Shown here: one piece after another, positions 30,612 through 38,712 of the stretch
How the letters are laid out: the number at the start of each line of letters is the position of its first letter
How positions within the stretch are numbered: position 1 is the stretch's first letter
Virus record (IMG/VR): IMGVR_UViG_2541047912_000004
Span: 1-44,088 of that record
Source: a virus
Taxonomy: Duplodnaviria > Heunggongvirae > Uroviricota > Caudoviricetes
DNA: 44,088 nucleotides
Reading direction: 5' to 3' (one strand)
The notes under the pieces: generated by a model
What the model was told of the DNA's origin: nothing
The model's database searches: none
Seen by the model: the letters and a program-made list of their open reading frames with translations, nothing else
Position numbers and translations under genes: made by a program

Positions 30612-30750
30612 GACCTTTCTCCTTCTGCATCAGCTTCACTTTTTCCAACTCAGCCCGGAATCGACCAGGCTGCTTGAAGCTGGACAGGAAGCGATCACGT
30701 AGTATGTGTTTGTGAATTTTGTCCTGGTAAGGACTGAGTTGTTTTGTCAT
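30604..30750 (-). CDS. Small hypothetical protein (48 aa) between cII and O, translationally coupled to O
   Basis: Hand-translated: [48 protein letters not shown]. Its stop codon overlaps the ATG of the O-like gene. Not in the ORF track (under 60 aa). Confidence 0.35.
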   Translation of the reverse strand: MTKQLSPYQDKIHKHILRDRFLSSFKQPGRFRAELEKVKLMQKEKGHE

Positions 30751-30782
30751 AATGACTCCTGTTGATAGATCCAGTAATGACC

Positions 30783-31076
30783 TCAGAACTCCATCTGGAT
30801 TTGTTCAGAACGCTCGGTTGCCGCCGGGCGTTTTTTATTGGTGAGAATCGAAGCAACTTGTCGTGCCAATCGAGCCATATCGTCGTCAACGACGCCCCAT
30901 TCAAGAACAGCAAGCAGCATTGAGAACTTTGGAATCCAATCCCTCTTCCACCTGCTGATCTGCGACTTATCAACTCCCACAGCTTCCGCTGTCTTCTCAG
31001 TTCCAAGCATTGCGATTTTGTTAAGCAACGCACTCTCGATTCTTAGAGCCTCGTTGCGTTTGTTTGCACGAACCAT
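30783..31076 (-). CDS. cII: CII transcriptional activator
   Basis: The 97-aa product [61 protein letters not shown].. is essentially lambda CII. Start at the ATG 31074..31076; the track ORF is over-extended upstream. Confidence 0.9.
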   Translation of the reverse strand: MVRANKRNEALRIESALLNKIAMLGTEKTAEAVGVDKSQISRWKRDWIPKFSMLLAVLEWGVVDDDMARLARQVASILTNKKRPAATERSEQIQMEF

Positions 31077-31124
31077 ATGTAAGTATTTCCTTAACAAATA
31101 AGAAGTTATGCGCATCAACTTATG

Positions 31125-31167
31125 CGCGTTGTATTCCCGCATTTCGGCGGGAATGAGGACCATGACT
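31125..31167 (-). promoter_or_regulatory. nutR (boxA plus boxB) between cro and cII
   Basis: On the minus strand, boxA TGCTCTTTAACA (complement of 31156..31167) is followed by the boxB hairpin CCCGCCGAAATGCGGG (complement of 31125..31140). The same boxB sequence occurs at nutL. Confidence 0.7.
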
Positions 31168-31184
31168 GTTAAAGAGCAATTTGC

Positions 31185-31370
31185 TTATGCCGCTTTGCGG
31201 TAAGCGCTTTCTTGATACTTCAGGGCGCCAGCTGTAACGACTTCCAGTCGATAGGCGTCTTTCTCTGGGATGACTTCCTTCCACTGAGAGACTGCTGCGT
31301 CGCTAATGCCTAACGCTTTAGCTACAGCACGCTGGGTTCCGAAGTGGTCGATAACATCTTTCTTGTACAT
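31185..31370 (-). CDS. cro: Cro repressor (P22-type)
   Basis: 61 aa, MYKKDVIDHFGTQRAVAKALGISDAAVSQWKEVIPEKDAYRLE.., matching P22 Cro as I recall it. Confidence 0.85.
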   Translation of the reverse strand: MYKKDVIDHFGTQRAVAKALGISDAAVSQWKEVIPEKDAYRLEVVTAGALKYQESAYRKAA

Positions 31371-31384
31371 AGACTCGCTCCGAA

Positions 31385-31450
31385 ATTAAAGAACACTTAA
31401 ATTATCCACTAAAGGAATCTTAAGTCAAGTTTATTTAAGATGTCTTAACT
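31385..31450. promoter_or_regulatory. OR operator region with three P22-type 18-bp operators, overlapping divergent PR and PRM
   Basis: Three sites fit ANTNAAG-N4-CTTNANT: attaaagaacacttaaat (31385..31402), actaaaggaatcttaagt (31408..31425) and atttaagatgtcttaact (31433..31450). The c2 ATG follows the last site directly, suggesting a leaderless PRM transcript. Confidence 0.75.
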
Positions 31451-32101
31451 ATGAAAACTCAATTGATGGGAGAGCGCATTCGCGCTCGGAGAAAAGAACT
31501 CAAGATCAGGCAGGCCGCACTTGGAAAGATGGTCGGCGTGTCTAATGTTGCCATATCTCAGTGGGAACGCTCTGAGACAGAGCCAAATGGAGAGAATCTT
31601 CTCGCCCTGGCTAATGCGTTGAAGTGTTCCCCTGACTATCTGATGAAAGGAGAGGAAAGTCTTTCAAACATTGCCTATCACAGTAGGCATGATCCAAGAG
31701 GGTCATACCCTCTGATTAGCTGGGTGAGCGCAGGATGCTGGATGGAAGCTGTAGAACCATATCATAAGCGTGCAATAGATAACTGGTACGATACAACCGT
31801 AGACTGTTCAGAAGATTCGTTTTGGTTGGACGTGAAGGGAGACTCAATGACGGCTCCGGCCGGTCTCAGTATCCCTGAAGGAATGATAATACTCGTCGAT
31901 CCTGAAGTAGAGCCGCGTAACGGGAAACTGGTAGTTGCAAAGCTCGAAGGAGAAAACGAGGCAACTTTCAAGAAGTTAGTTATTGATGCAGGCAGGAAGT
32001 TTCTAAAACCACTTAACCCACAATATCCGATGATCGAGATCAACGGAAACTGCAAAATCATCGGCGTAGTTGTCGATGCAAAACTAGCAAACCTTCCATA
32101 A
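31451..32101 (+). CDS. c2: Prophage repressor C2 (P22-type, LexA-like autocleavage domain)
   Basis: 216 aa; the N-terminal HTH (QAALGKMVGVSNVAISQWERSETEPN) and C-terminal S24 peptidase-like domain (GDSM..KLVVAKL) are very similar to P22 C2. Confidence 0.9.
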   Translation: MKTQLMGERIRARRKELKIRQAALGKMVGVSNVAISQWERSETEPNGENLLALANALKCSPDYLMKGEESLSNIAYHSRHDPRGSYPLISWVSAGCWMEAVEPYHKRAIDNWYDTTVDCSEDSFWLDVKGDSMTAPAGLSIPEGMIILVDPEVEPRNGKLVVAKLEGENEATFKKLVIDAGRKFLKPLNPQYPMIEINGNCKIIGVVVDAKLANLP

Positions 32102-32102
32102 G

Positions 32103-32128
32103 GGGGCATTCGCCCCCTTTTTTTTATT
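32103..32128 (+). terminator. Rho-independent terminator immediately after c2
   Basis: GGGGGCATTCGCCCCC hairpin followed by TTTTTTTT. Confidence 0.75.
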
Positions 32129-32168
32129 TCCTTTAAAAATCAAAGCCAAACTTAAGTTACGAAAGAAA

Positions 32169-32222
32169 ATTTAAGTTTTCTTCAAAAATACTCTTGACCA
32201 TTAATTAAAGAGATCTTAAATT
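32169..32222 (+). promoter_or_regulatory. OL operators and PL promoter
   Basis: -35 TTGACC (32194..32199), 17-bp spacer, -10 TAAATT (32217..32222). A perfect operator attaaagagatcttaaat (32204..32221) overlaps the -10, and a second near-consensus operator lies at 32169..32186. Confidence 0.6.
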
Positions 32223-32268
32223 TAAGCCATCAGCAGGACGCTGGAAGCCAAACGGAACAGATTGGCAG

Positions 32269-32308
32269 GCTCTTTAACATTGATGGGATTGTCCCGCCGA
32301 AATGCGGG
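32269..32308 (+). promoter_or_regulatory. nutL (boxA plus boxB)
   Basis: boxA GCTCTTTAACA (32269..32279) followed by the boxB hairpin CCCGCCGAAATGCGGG (32293..32308), identical to the nutR boxB. Confidence 0.7.
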
Positions 32309-32710
32309 AACCAAAGAGTAGTTGGCTTTGGGATTGGATGAATGAGCAGGCTGATGCTCGACCAATGTATAAACAGCGCTCATGGCAAGCAGTAACCAAT
32401 CTGCGCCTCAAGACAGCGTCACTGGTAGTGCGGGCGCTCTAACCAGTAAGCCGGAGTTCAGCACCGGCCATCCAATCGCCAAAGTCAATTCCATAGGCGT
32501 TATGCAGCCGCCACCATATTCAAGAAAGCTGCACAAGAGGTAGGAGGATTTATGTGAATACTTACATTCAATTGAGAGGTTAATTAAATAGAACTGATCG
32601 AGCAGAGTCCATAAAGGCTCATAAATGCTCTTCCATCCCCGTCTAATTGGCGGGGAAGGAAACCACTTTGTAATAAAAAAAATTCCAAAGTTGTTTCATC
32701 GGAGGTCAAC

Positions 32711-33010
32711 ATGACAGTAGTCATTACATATCTGGCTGACGATAACGCCAGAAATCGCCGCAGAGCACGCAGACAGGCTCAACGTGAACAGGCAATGCAA
32801 GAGCAGCGACTGGCGCGAAAAATTGCGCTAAAGCTCTCTGGTTGCGTCAGAGCAGATAAAGCAGCATCACTCGGAAGCCTTTGCTGCAAGAAGGCAGATG
32901 AAGTCGAGCGTAAACAGAACCGTATTTACTACCGCAAGCCACGCAGTGAAATGGGTGTGACTTGTGTTGGTCGCCAGAAAATGAAATTAGGCAGCAAACC
33001 ACTTATTTGA
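32711..33010 (+). CDS. N-like transcription antiterminator (arginine-rich motif)
   Basis: 99-aa basic protein with an N-terminal arginine-rich motif (DNARNRRRARRQAQREQA). First gene downstream of PL and nutL. Confidence 0.65.
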   Translation: MTVVITYLADDNARNRRRARRQAQREQAMQEQRLARKIALKLSGCVRADKAASLGSLCCKKADEVERKQNRIYYRKPRSEMGVTCVGRQKMKLGSKPLI

Positions 33011-33018
33011 GGTGAGAT

Positions 33019-33489
33019 ATGACAAAATCATGGAGCGTACCTTTTCCTGAATCAGAAACTGAACATGATGGAATGCCTGTTTTCTGGAGATTCCAAGCGA
33101 CAGTTGAAGAAGATGGAATCAAAATATTCGCACTTCAATATATAGCTTTTCATCAGACAGAGCATTATGCATGGTTGGTTCCTGCGCATTGGATTGTTAA
33201 TTTTAAACCAGCACCAAATCAGTGGTTACAGGAATGGAAACAAAGGAGAAATAGATATGCAATTAAGAAAGTAGCAAAAAATGCAGAAAGATCTTTTGCA
33301 TTCCCAACGAAGAAACTTGCCATTGAGAGTTTATTGCGCCGGAAGAAATACCATTTAATGAGAATCAAACAAGATTTGGCTGTTGTATCAACTCTTGTTG
33401 ATGGGATGAAGAATATTGATACATCAACACCAGATATTGAATATAACTTTGGGCACAACCAAGAAACAGAAAATTGGGTATTTTATTAG
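33019..33489 (+). CDS. Hypothetical protein, first gene of the AT-rich island downstream of N
   Basis: 156-aa ORF with no recognisable motifs; markedly AT-rich codon usage. Followed by hairpins including a terminator-like GCCCTC-CAGTGT-GAGGGC-GATTTTTTA (about 33598..33625). Confidence 0.5.
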   Translation: MTKSWSVPFPESETEHDGMPVFWRFQATVEEDGIKIFALQYIAFHQTEHYAWLVPAHWIVNFKPAPNQWLQEWKQRRNRYAIKKVAKNAERSFAFPTKKLAIESLLRRKKYHLMRIKQDLAVVSTLVDGMKNIDTSTPDIEYNFGHNQETENWVFY

Positions 33490-33639
33490 TACGAGTAAGC
33501 ACTGTGTATTCATTCCAACGAGTGAATACACGGAGCAATGTCGCTCGTAACTAAACAGGAGCCGACTTGTTCTGATTATTGGAAATCTTCTTTGCCCTCC
33601 AGTGTGAGGGCGATTTTTTATCTATGAGGATATGAACAG

Positions 33640-34008
33640 ATGTCAAACATCAAAAAATATATCATTGATTACGACTGGAAAGCATCAATAGAAATTGAAA
33701 TCGACCATGACGTAATGACAGAGGAAAAACTTCACCAGATTAATAATTTCTGGTCAGACTCTGAATGCCGACTCAATAAACACGGCTCTGTATTAAATGC
33801 TGTATTAATCATGCTGGCGCAACATGCTCTGCTTATAGCAATTTCAAAAGACCTAAATGCATATGGTGTTGTTTGTGAGTTCGACTGGAATGATGGAAAT
33901 GGTCAGGAAGGATGGCCTCCAATGGATGGTAGCGAAGGAATAAGAATTACCGATATCGATACATCAGGAATATTTGATCCAGATGATATGACTATCAAAG
34001 CCGCCTGA
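33640..34008 (+). CDS. Hypothetical acidic protein (122 aa), second gene of the AT-rich island
   Basis: By hand count about 22 Asp/Glu versus 9 Lys/Arg; AT-rich; no recognisable catalytic motif. Confidence 0.5.
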   Translation: MSNIKKYIIDYDWKASIEIEIDHDVMTEEKLHQINNFWSDSECRLNKHGSVLNAVLIMLAQHALLIAISKDLNAYGVVCEFDWNDGNGQEGWPPMDGSEGIRITDIDTSGIFDPDDMTIKAA

Positions 34009-34101
34009 GCGCGGCTTTACCGCATACCAATAATGCTTCACGAGAGGTGTTTATTCATGAGCGTAAACGCTGATTAATGAACGCAGTTGATAGGATATAA
34101 A

Positions 34102-34614
34102 ATGGCATTTATAAAGATTCTTGAATTAATTTCCCTAAGTGAGATTAATAATGTTGTCAAATATAACCCTATTTCTGGTGAGTTCACATGGCTAAAATCT
34201 TATGGAGCAAGGAAGATAGGTGGAACTGCCGGAACAATAACAACAAGCGGCTACTTAAGGATTTTCATTAACGGAAGACACTATGCTGCACATAGACTTG
34301 CATGGATTATCACTTTCGGTGTTGAGCCTGAAGGTATTATCGACCATATAAATGGCATAAAGACAGATAACAGAATTTGCAATCTGAGGCTTGCAACTTA
34401 CTCACAGAATTCAATGAATAGTAAAATAAACACCCTCAACAAATCAGGTTGCAAAGGAGTCACATGGAAGAAGGAAAGTAGAAAGTGGGCTGCCTATGGG
34501 AAATTAAACGGGAAGAAAAAACATCTAGGGTACTTTAATGAATTAGAAGATGCCAAAAAAGCTTACTGCGACTTTGCCAGAAAGCATCACGGCGAATTCT
34601 ACAGGAGCAAATAA
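34102..34614 (+). CDS. HNH endonuclease with a C-terminal AP2-type DNA-binding domain (homing-endonuclease-like)
   Basis: HNH motif region (AHRLAWIITFGVEPEGIIDHINGIKTDNRICNLRLATYSQNSMN) and an AP2-like segment (GVTWKKESRKWAAYGKLNGKKKHLGYFNELEDAKKAYCDFARKHHG). Start set at the ATG 34102 (AGGA Shine-Dalgarno); the track ORF begins at a TTG at 34087. Confidence 0.75.
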   Translation: MAFIKILELISLSEINNVVKYNPISGEFTWLKSYGARKIGGTAGTITTSGYLRIFINGRHYAAHRLAWIITFGVEPEGIIDHINGIKTDNRICNLRLATYSQNSMNSKINTLNKSGCKGVTWKKESRKWAAYGKLNGKKKHLGYFNELEDAKKAYCDFARKHHGEFYRSK

Positions 34615-34748
34615 TGAATGAATATATTTTAGCTGGTAGCGGCGTCATGTCCGCTTTCTACCCGCACGAATCTGAATTATCACGCCGAGTTAAACAATTA
34701 ATCAGAGCAGCAAAGAAACAACTGGAGGCGTTATGCGCAATGAAATAG
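34614..34748 (+). CDS. cIII: CIII-like small protein (44 aa; putative FtsH inhibitor)
   Basis: Hand-translated: MNEYILAGSGVMSAFYPHESELSRRVKQLIRAAKKQLEALCAMK. The ES.L.RR..L pattern resembles the CIII amphipathic core. GGAG Shine-Dalgarno. Not in the ORF track. Confidence 0.55.
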   Translation: MNEYILAGSGVMSAFYPHESELSRRVKQLIRAAKKQLEALCAMK

Positions 34749-34885
34749 CCATCAATCACCAGATGCTTCGTGCGGCACAAAACAAAGCAGTAATAGCCAG
34801 ATTTATTGGTGATTCCAAAATGTGGCTTGAAGCAAATAAAGCGATGAAATCAGCTATCAACCTTCCGTGGTATCGCAGGAAATGA
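34733..34885 (+). CDS. kil: Kil-like small protein (50 aa)
   Basis: Hand-translated: MRNEIAINHQMLRAAQNKAVIARFIGDSKMWLEANKAMKSAINLPWYRRK. The ATFIGD.KM motif resembles lambda Kil as I recall it. Confidence 0.45.
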   Translation: MRNEIAINHQMLRAAQNKAVIARFIGDSKMWLEANKAMKSAINLPWYRRK

Positions 34886-34966
34886 GTTTTACAGATAACT
34901 GGTCAGACGAAGAATTCATTCGTCAGATGAACAAAATGCTCAATCAGCACAAAGAACAGGAGAAAG

Positions 34967-35278
34967 ATGATGATTCTGACTCTGAATGATAAGCGTGAAA
35001 TATCGCAAATAATCGCAAGTTTTACTGATGAAGATTACGAACGAATCAACAGTGAAGTTGATCGCCTCTGCAAACGTTGCGACCCAATAAGCGAAATGCT
35101 TCGCTCATATAAACCAGATGAACACACTAAGGACGCTATCGACTGGCTGGAAGATGATGACTGTAACTATCAGGAAAAAGCCGCTGAATGGTTCTGGGAT
35201 GCAATAACCGAAAGAGTTAAGGCTGAATATGCCTTCGCAATATTCAAACGCAGACATATTTATGGAGAAGCAGCATGA
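34967..35278 (+). CDS. Hypothetical acidic protein (103 aa) immediately upstream of recT (Gam position)
   Basis: AGGAG Shine-Dalgarno followed by ATGATG; stop overlaps the recT ATG (ATGA). No recognisable motif. Confidence 0.5.
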   Translation: MMILTLNDKREISQIIASFTDEDYERINSEVDRLCKRCDPISEMLRSYKPDEHTKDAIDWLEDDDCNYQEKAAEWFWDAITERVKAEYAFAIFKRRHIYGEAA

Positions 35279-36186
35279 GCAATATCGTTGAATTCGTTAA
35301 ACAGCAGGAGCAGTTATTCTGCGGAGCATTGACTGAACAGACGGTGACATGGGCTAAGGAAAGCCAGTTTGCAATTCAGTATTTCCAGAAAAACGATTAC
35401 CTGGCTAAAACAGCACTGGCAAATCCAACCAGCGCACAGAACGCCATCATCAATGTTGCGGCGATCGGTATCACCTTAAACCCTGCAAGCAAACTGGCTT
35501 ATCTAGTTCCGCGCGATGGCATGGTTTGCCTTGATATCAGCTATATGGGATTGCTTCATATTGCAATGGAGTCTGGTGTTATCTCATGGGGTCAGGCAAA
35601 ACTTGTTCATGCTAACGATACCTATGAGTCAAACGGGCTTGATAAAGCACCAACCCATAAATACAACGCCTTCGGTGATCGTGGTGATATCGTTGGCGTT
35701 TACTGCACAGTTAAGACGCCGGCAGGTGATTATCTAACGGAAGAGATGAGTCTGGCTGAAATTGAGGCTGTAAGGAAAACAAGCAAGGCGGCATTCAGCG
35801 ATAAAGGACCATGGGTAAATCACTGGAATGAGATGGCGCGAAAGACGGTCGTAAAGCGTGCAAGCAAGTATTGGCCTAAGGCATCACGTCTTGATAGTGC
35901 TATTCACGTACTAAACGAAGAAGAAGGTGTGTGGACTGAACCAGTTATGCCGCACAAATCAGAGGAAGATATCCGCGAAGATGAACGGAAACGCCAGCAG
36001 GAAATAATGGATAAAGCACAACTTCTTTGCGATGAAATGGCTCAGGCAGAAAACATGGACGATTTGAAGCGATATTTTGCAGAAGCATATCGCCTGACAT
36101 CTGGAATGAAATTGCAGCAGAACGTACAAGCCATTTACGCAGAATGCAAAGCGAAACTGGAGGTTGCCAGTGAGCAAACTATATGA
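35275..36186 (+). CDS. recT: RecT-family single-strand annealing recombinase
   Basis: 303 aa; the conserved region GPWVNHWNEMARKTVVKRASKYWP aligns with RecT (GPWVTHWEEMAKKTAIRRLFKYLP). Confidence 0.85.
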   Translation: MSNIVEFVKQQEQLFCGALTEQTVTWAKESQFAIQYFQKNDYLAKTALANPTSAQNAIINVAAIGITLNPASKLAYLVPRDGMVCLDISYMGLLHIAMESGVISWGQAKLVHANDTYESNGLDKAPTHKYNAFGDRGDIVGVYCTVKTPAGDYLTEEMSLAEIEAVRKTSKAAFSDKGPWVNHWNEMARKTVVKRASKYWPKASRLDSAIHVLNEEEGVWTEPVMPHKSEEDIREDERKRQQEIMDKAQLLCDEMAQAENMDDLKRYFAEAYRLTSGMKLQQNVQAIYAECKAKLEVASEQTI

Positions 36187-36652
36187 AATTGCCAATGAAT
36201 ACGCAAAATTGATGGATTCAGATTTAGAACCAGAGATGATTGCTGACACAATAGAAGGCATGGAAGGAGAATTTACCGATAAAATAGAGCAACTTCTTTC
36301 CATTATTAAAAATGAATCTGGTTATGCCGAACGCCTCAAGGAAGAGGCAAAGTCACTGAATGAGCGAGCCGCAGTAATTCAAAATAAGATTGACAGCATC
36401 AAATCATATATAGCGTCATCGCTTGAAATGGTTGGCAAGAAAAATATTCGAGCAGGTATTCACCAGGTAACAATCCGCAAACCGTCAGAAACTGTAGAAA
36501 TCATCGACTCAAGCGCCCTTCCTCCTGAATACGTTGAGTTTGAAACGACAATTAAAGCCGACAAACTGGCAATCAAACACCAACTAAAAGCAGGAATAAA
36601 TATCCCCGGCGCTCAACTCAAAGTTGGGAAACCTTCACTTCTTATCAAATAA
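36170..36652 (+). CDS. Hypothetical protein downstream of recT (possibly Gp157-like)
   Basis: About 160 aa, acidic and predicted helical. Start set at the GTG 36170 preceded by GGAGG; the track begins at a TTG at 36164. Family assignment is tentative. Confidence 0.45.
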   Translation: MSKLYEIANEYAKLMDSDLEPEMIADTIEGMEGEFTDKIEQLLSIIKNESGYAERLKEEAKSLNERAAVIQNKIDSIKSYIASSLEMVGKKNIRAGIHQVTIRKPSETVEIIDSSALPPEYVEFETTIKADKLAIKHQLKAGINIPGAQLKVGKPSLLIK

Positions 36653-36663
36653 CGGTATCGCCT

Positions 36664-36978
36664 ATGAAAAAGACTCCATGGGAGAAATGGGAAGTCGATT
36701 TCTTGCGCGAAGTAGCGGCGACAATGCCAGTTGAAGTTATCGCTGAAAAACTGGAAAGGACTGAAAAAGCAGTAATGGCGAAAGCAACAAGGATTGGCGC
36801 TGACATTGTTAGCCGACTTCGTGGAAGACGCTGGACAAGAGCCGAAGTATCACTTTTCGGTAAGTTCTCCGCAGAAGAAATAGCAATTGCAACCTGCCGC
36901 TCAATTTATTCAGTAAGAGCTATGCGATACAAGCTAAAAAAACTCGATGAAGAAAGAGAAGGCATACGAATAAATTAA
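36664..36978 (+). CDS. Hypothetical protein (104 aa)
   Basis: ORF in the early-left operon; no recognisable motif. Confidence 0.45.
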   Translation: MKKTPWEKWEVDFLREVAATMPVEVIAEKLERTEKAVMAKATRIGADIVSRLRGRRWTRAEVSLFGKFSAEEIAIATCRSIYSVRAMRYKLKKLDEEREGIRIN

Positions 36979-36994
36979 CAAAGAGGAATTAATC

Positions 36995-37159
36995 ATGAGA
37001 GGTCTTGCATACAATCCCGGCATTCTTCCGGCAGAAATGATTAGCCAACGCGTAAAGCCAATGCCATCGAGAGAAGAATTGCTTAAGAGAAAGAGTTTCG
37101 GTTCTGTTAATGACAACAAATATCTGAATGCGATGTGGCGCAAAGGAGGCAACCAGTGA
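36995..37159 (+). CDS. Small hypothetical protein (54 aa)
   Basis: Hand-translated: [54 protein letters not shown]. Shine-Dalgarno AAGAGG; its stop overlaps the GTG start of the next gene. Confidence 0.35.
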   Translation: MRGLAYNPGILPAEMISQRVKPMPSREELLKRKSFGSVNDNKYLNAMWRKGGNQ

Positions 37160-37929
37160 GCAAGATTGATTATCAGGCACTGCGTGCTAAGGCAGAAAAA
37201 GCAACGTGTGGTGTATGGTCGCTCGAATATGGAGAGAGCCGATTTGATGGTGATGATGCGCTAATTCATCGTGAAGTTGCTGGATATATTCCCATTTGCA
37301 GAATTGAAGGAGCGCATCCAGAAAGCGGTTTCGATGAAGATTTCCAAATGGAACAGCAGGCCAATGCTGAATTCATCGCAGCAGCCAGTCCAACTACCGT
37401 ACTGGCACTGCTGGATGAACGGGAAAGAAACCAGCAATACATAAAACGCCGCGACCAGGAGAACGAGGAGATTGCGCTAACGGTAGGGAAGCTGCGTGTT
37501 GAGCTGGAAGCAACAGAGAACAACCTTATTGATAGTGAATGCCATGTTGCTGAACTGGAAGAAGCGCTACGCGATAAGCAGGTGTTACTTGAAGCCTCAG
37601 AAAAGCGCAACGCAAAATTACAAAGCGAGAATGCATACATCCGCAACCGGTTCAAAGAACTGGACCTGTTAATCGGGAAAAACATTCTGGTCATGCAGGC
37701 TGCCATTATCGAATGGCAGGCAACTGGCGACGCTAAGAGCGGACTGGCATGGATTTATAACACACTGTTTGGCCCAGGCGAATTGCCGGACGAATCTGAG
37801 CAAGATGCTCAGGCCTACTTTAATCGCAAATATGCACCGATTGACGAAAAGCTTATGGCGCTTCACAAGTGGTTTTGGGAACAAAGTGAAGCCGAGCGCG
37901 CCGCTGGCATCAAGGAGGAGTCTGAGTGA
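37156..37929 (+). CDS. Ead/Ea22-like family protein (coiled-coil)
   Basis: The N-terminus ([21 protein letters not shown]) resembles Ea22-like proteins; central coiled-coil. Start set at the GTG 37156 preceded by AAGGAGG; the track begins at an upstream ATG with no Shine-Dalgarno. Confidence 0.55.
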   Translation: MSKIDYQALRAKAEKATCGVWSLEYGESRFDGDDALIHREVAGYIPICRIEGAHPESGFDEDFQMEQQANAEFIAAASPTTVLALLDERERNQQYIKRRDQENEEIALTVGKLRVELEATENNLIDSECHVAELEEALRDKQVLLEASEKRNAKLQSENAYIRNRFKELDLLIGKNILVMQAAIIEWQATGDAKSGLAWIYNTLFGPGELPDESEQDAQAYFNRKYAPIDEKLMALHKWFWEQSEAERAAGIKEESE

Positions 37930-38420
37930 TGGTCATTTCACCTATAACGCTGAAAGCGGCGCAGGAATTTATCGCACAGCACCACCGACACAATAAACCA
38001 CCAGTGGGGCATAAATTCAGCATTGGTCTGAGAAATAATGCCGGAGAATTGATAGGTGTGGCGACAGCTGGTCGACCTGTTGCACGACATTTCGACGATG
38101 GATTAACGCTTGAAGTAAATCGCACATGTACCACAGGAGAACGCAACGCTAACAGCGCGCTTTATGGTGCTATCTGGCGGGCAGCAAAAGCTATGGGTTA
38201 TCAACGTTGTATTACGTACACCCAGGCAGATGAATCAGGAGCATCTCTTCGCGCAGCTGGTTTTGTTCGTGTGAAAGAGCTTCCTCCAAGAAAAAGCTGG
38301 GCGGAATCAAGCGTCGCCCTGCGGAGTAAACGCGATCCGGTCGGAAACGGTGGTATTCCTCGTGTGCTCTGGGAAATCAGGAGAATGAGTACCACTGGCA
38401 TTCGCATCAAAGGAGAGTGA
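37929..38420 (+). CDS. Hypothetical protein (163 aa)
   Basis: Start overlaps the Ea22-like stop (TGATG). No confident family assignment. Confidence 0.5.
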   Translation: MVISPITLKAAQEFIAQHHRHNKPPVGHKFSIGLRNNAGELIGVATAGRPVARHFDDGLTLEVNRTCTTGERNANSALYGAIWRAAKAMGYQRCITYTQADESGASLRAAGFVRVKELPPRKSWAESSVALRSKRDPVGNGGIPRVLWEIRRMSTTGIRIKGE

Positions 38421-38421
38421 T

Positions 38422-38709
38422 ATGGCAACTTTGCAGGAATTAATCGACCTGACGCCAGAACAGGAAAAAGCGTGGAATCGCCTTGTGAAGGCTGTAAAGG
38501 ATTTCAGGGCAGCCGGAGGAAAGTTTTATAGCGTCCTGGACACGCTGAGCGCATACAACGGCGAGCACGTTGCCAGCATTGATAACGATAAGGGCTACCA
38601 CACTGCAAGCGTCTATATGCCTAGCATTGATGCGCCAGGGCTAACCAGTTGGGCTGATGATTGGCACGGCATCACGCTGAAAGATGGCGTTGAAGTGGAT
38701 GAGGACTAA
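38422..38709 (+). CDS. Hypothetical acidic protein (95 aa)
   Basis: Tightly packed in the operon; no recognisable motif. Confidence 0.45.
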   Translation: MATLQELIDLTPEQEKAWNRLVKAVKDFRAAGGKFYSVLDTLSAYNGEHVASIDNDKGYHTASVYMPSIDAPGLTSWADDWHGITLKDGVEVDED

Positions 38710-38712
38710 CAC

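Noticed and set aside
30695-31163. ORFs 30695..31033 and the extended 30783..31163 overlapping cII
   Set aside because: cII is defined by the ATG at 31076 and matches lambda CII at 97 aa. The alternative-frame 112-aa ORF and the upstream extension have no support.
34882-34989. 35-codon ORF (MSFTDNWSDEEFIRQMNKMLNQHKEQEKDDDSDSE) between kil and the 103-aa gene
   Set aside because: Very short and overlaps both neighbours. It may be real, but there is no independent support, so it is not listed as a feature.
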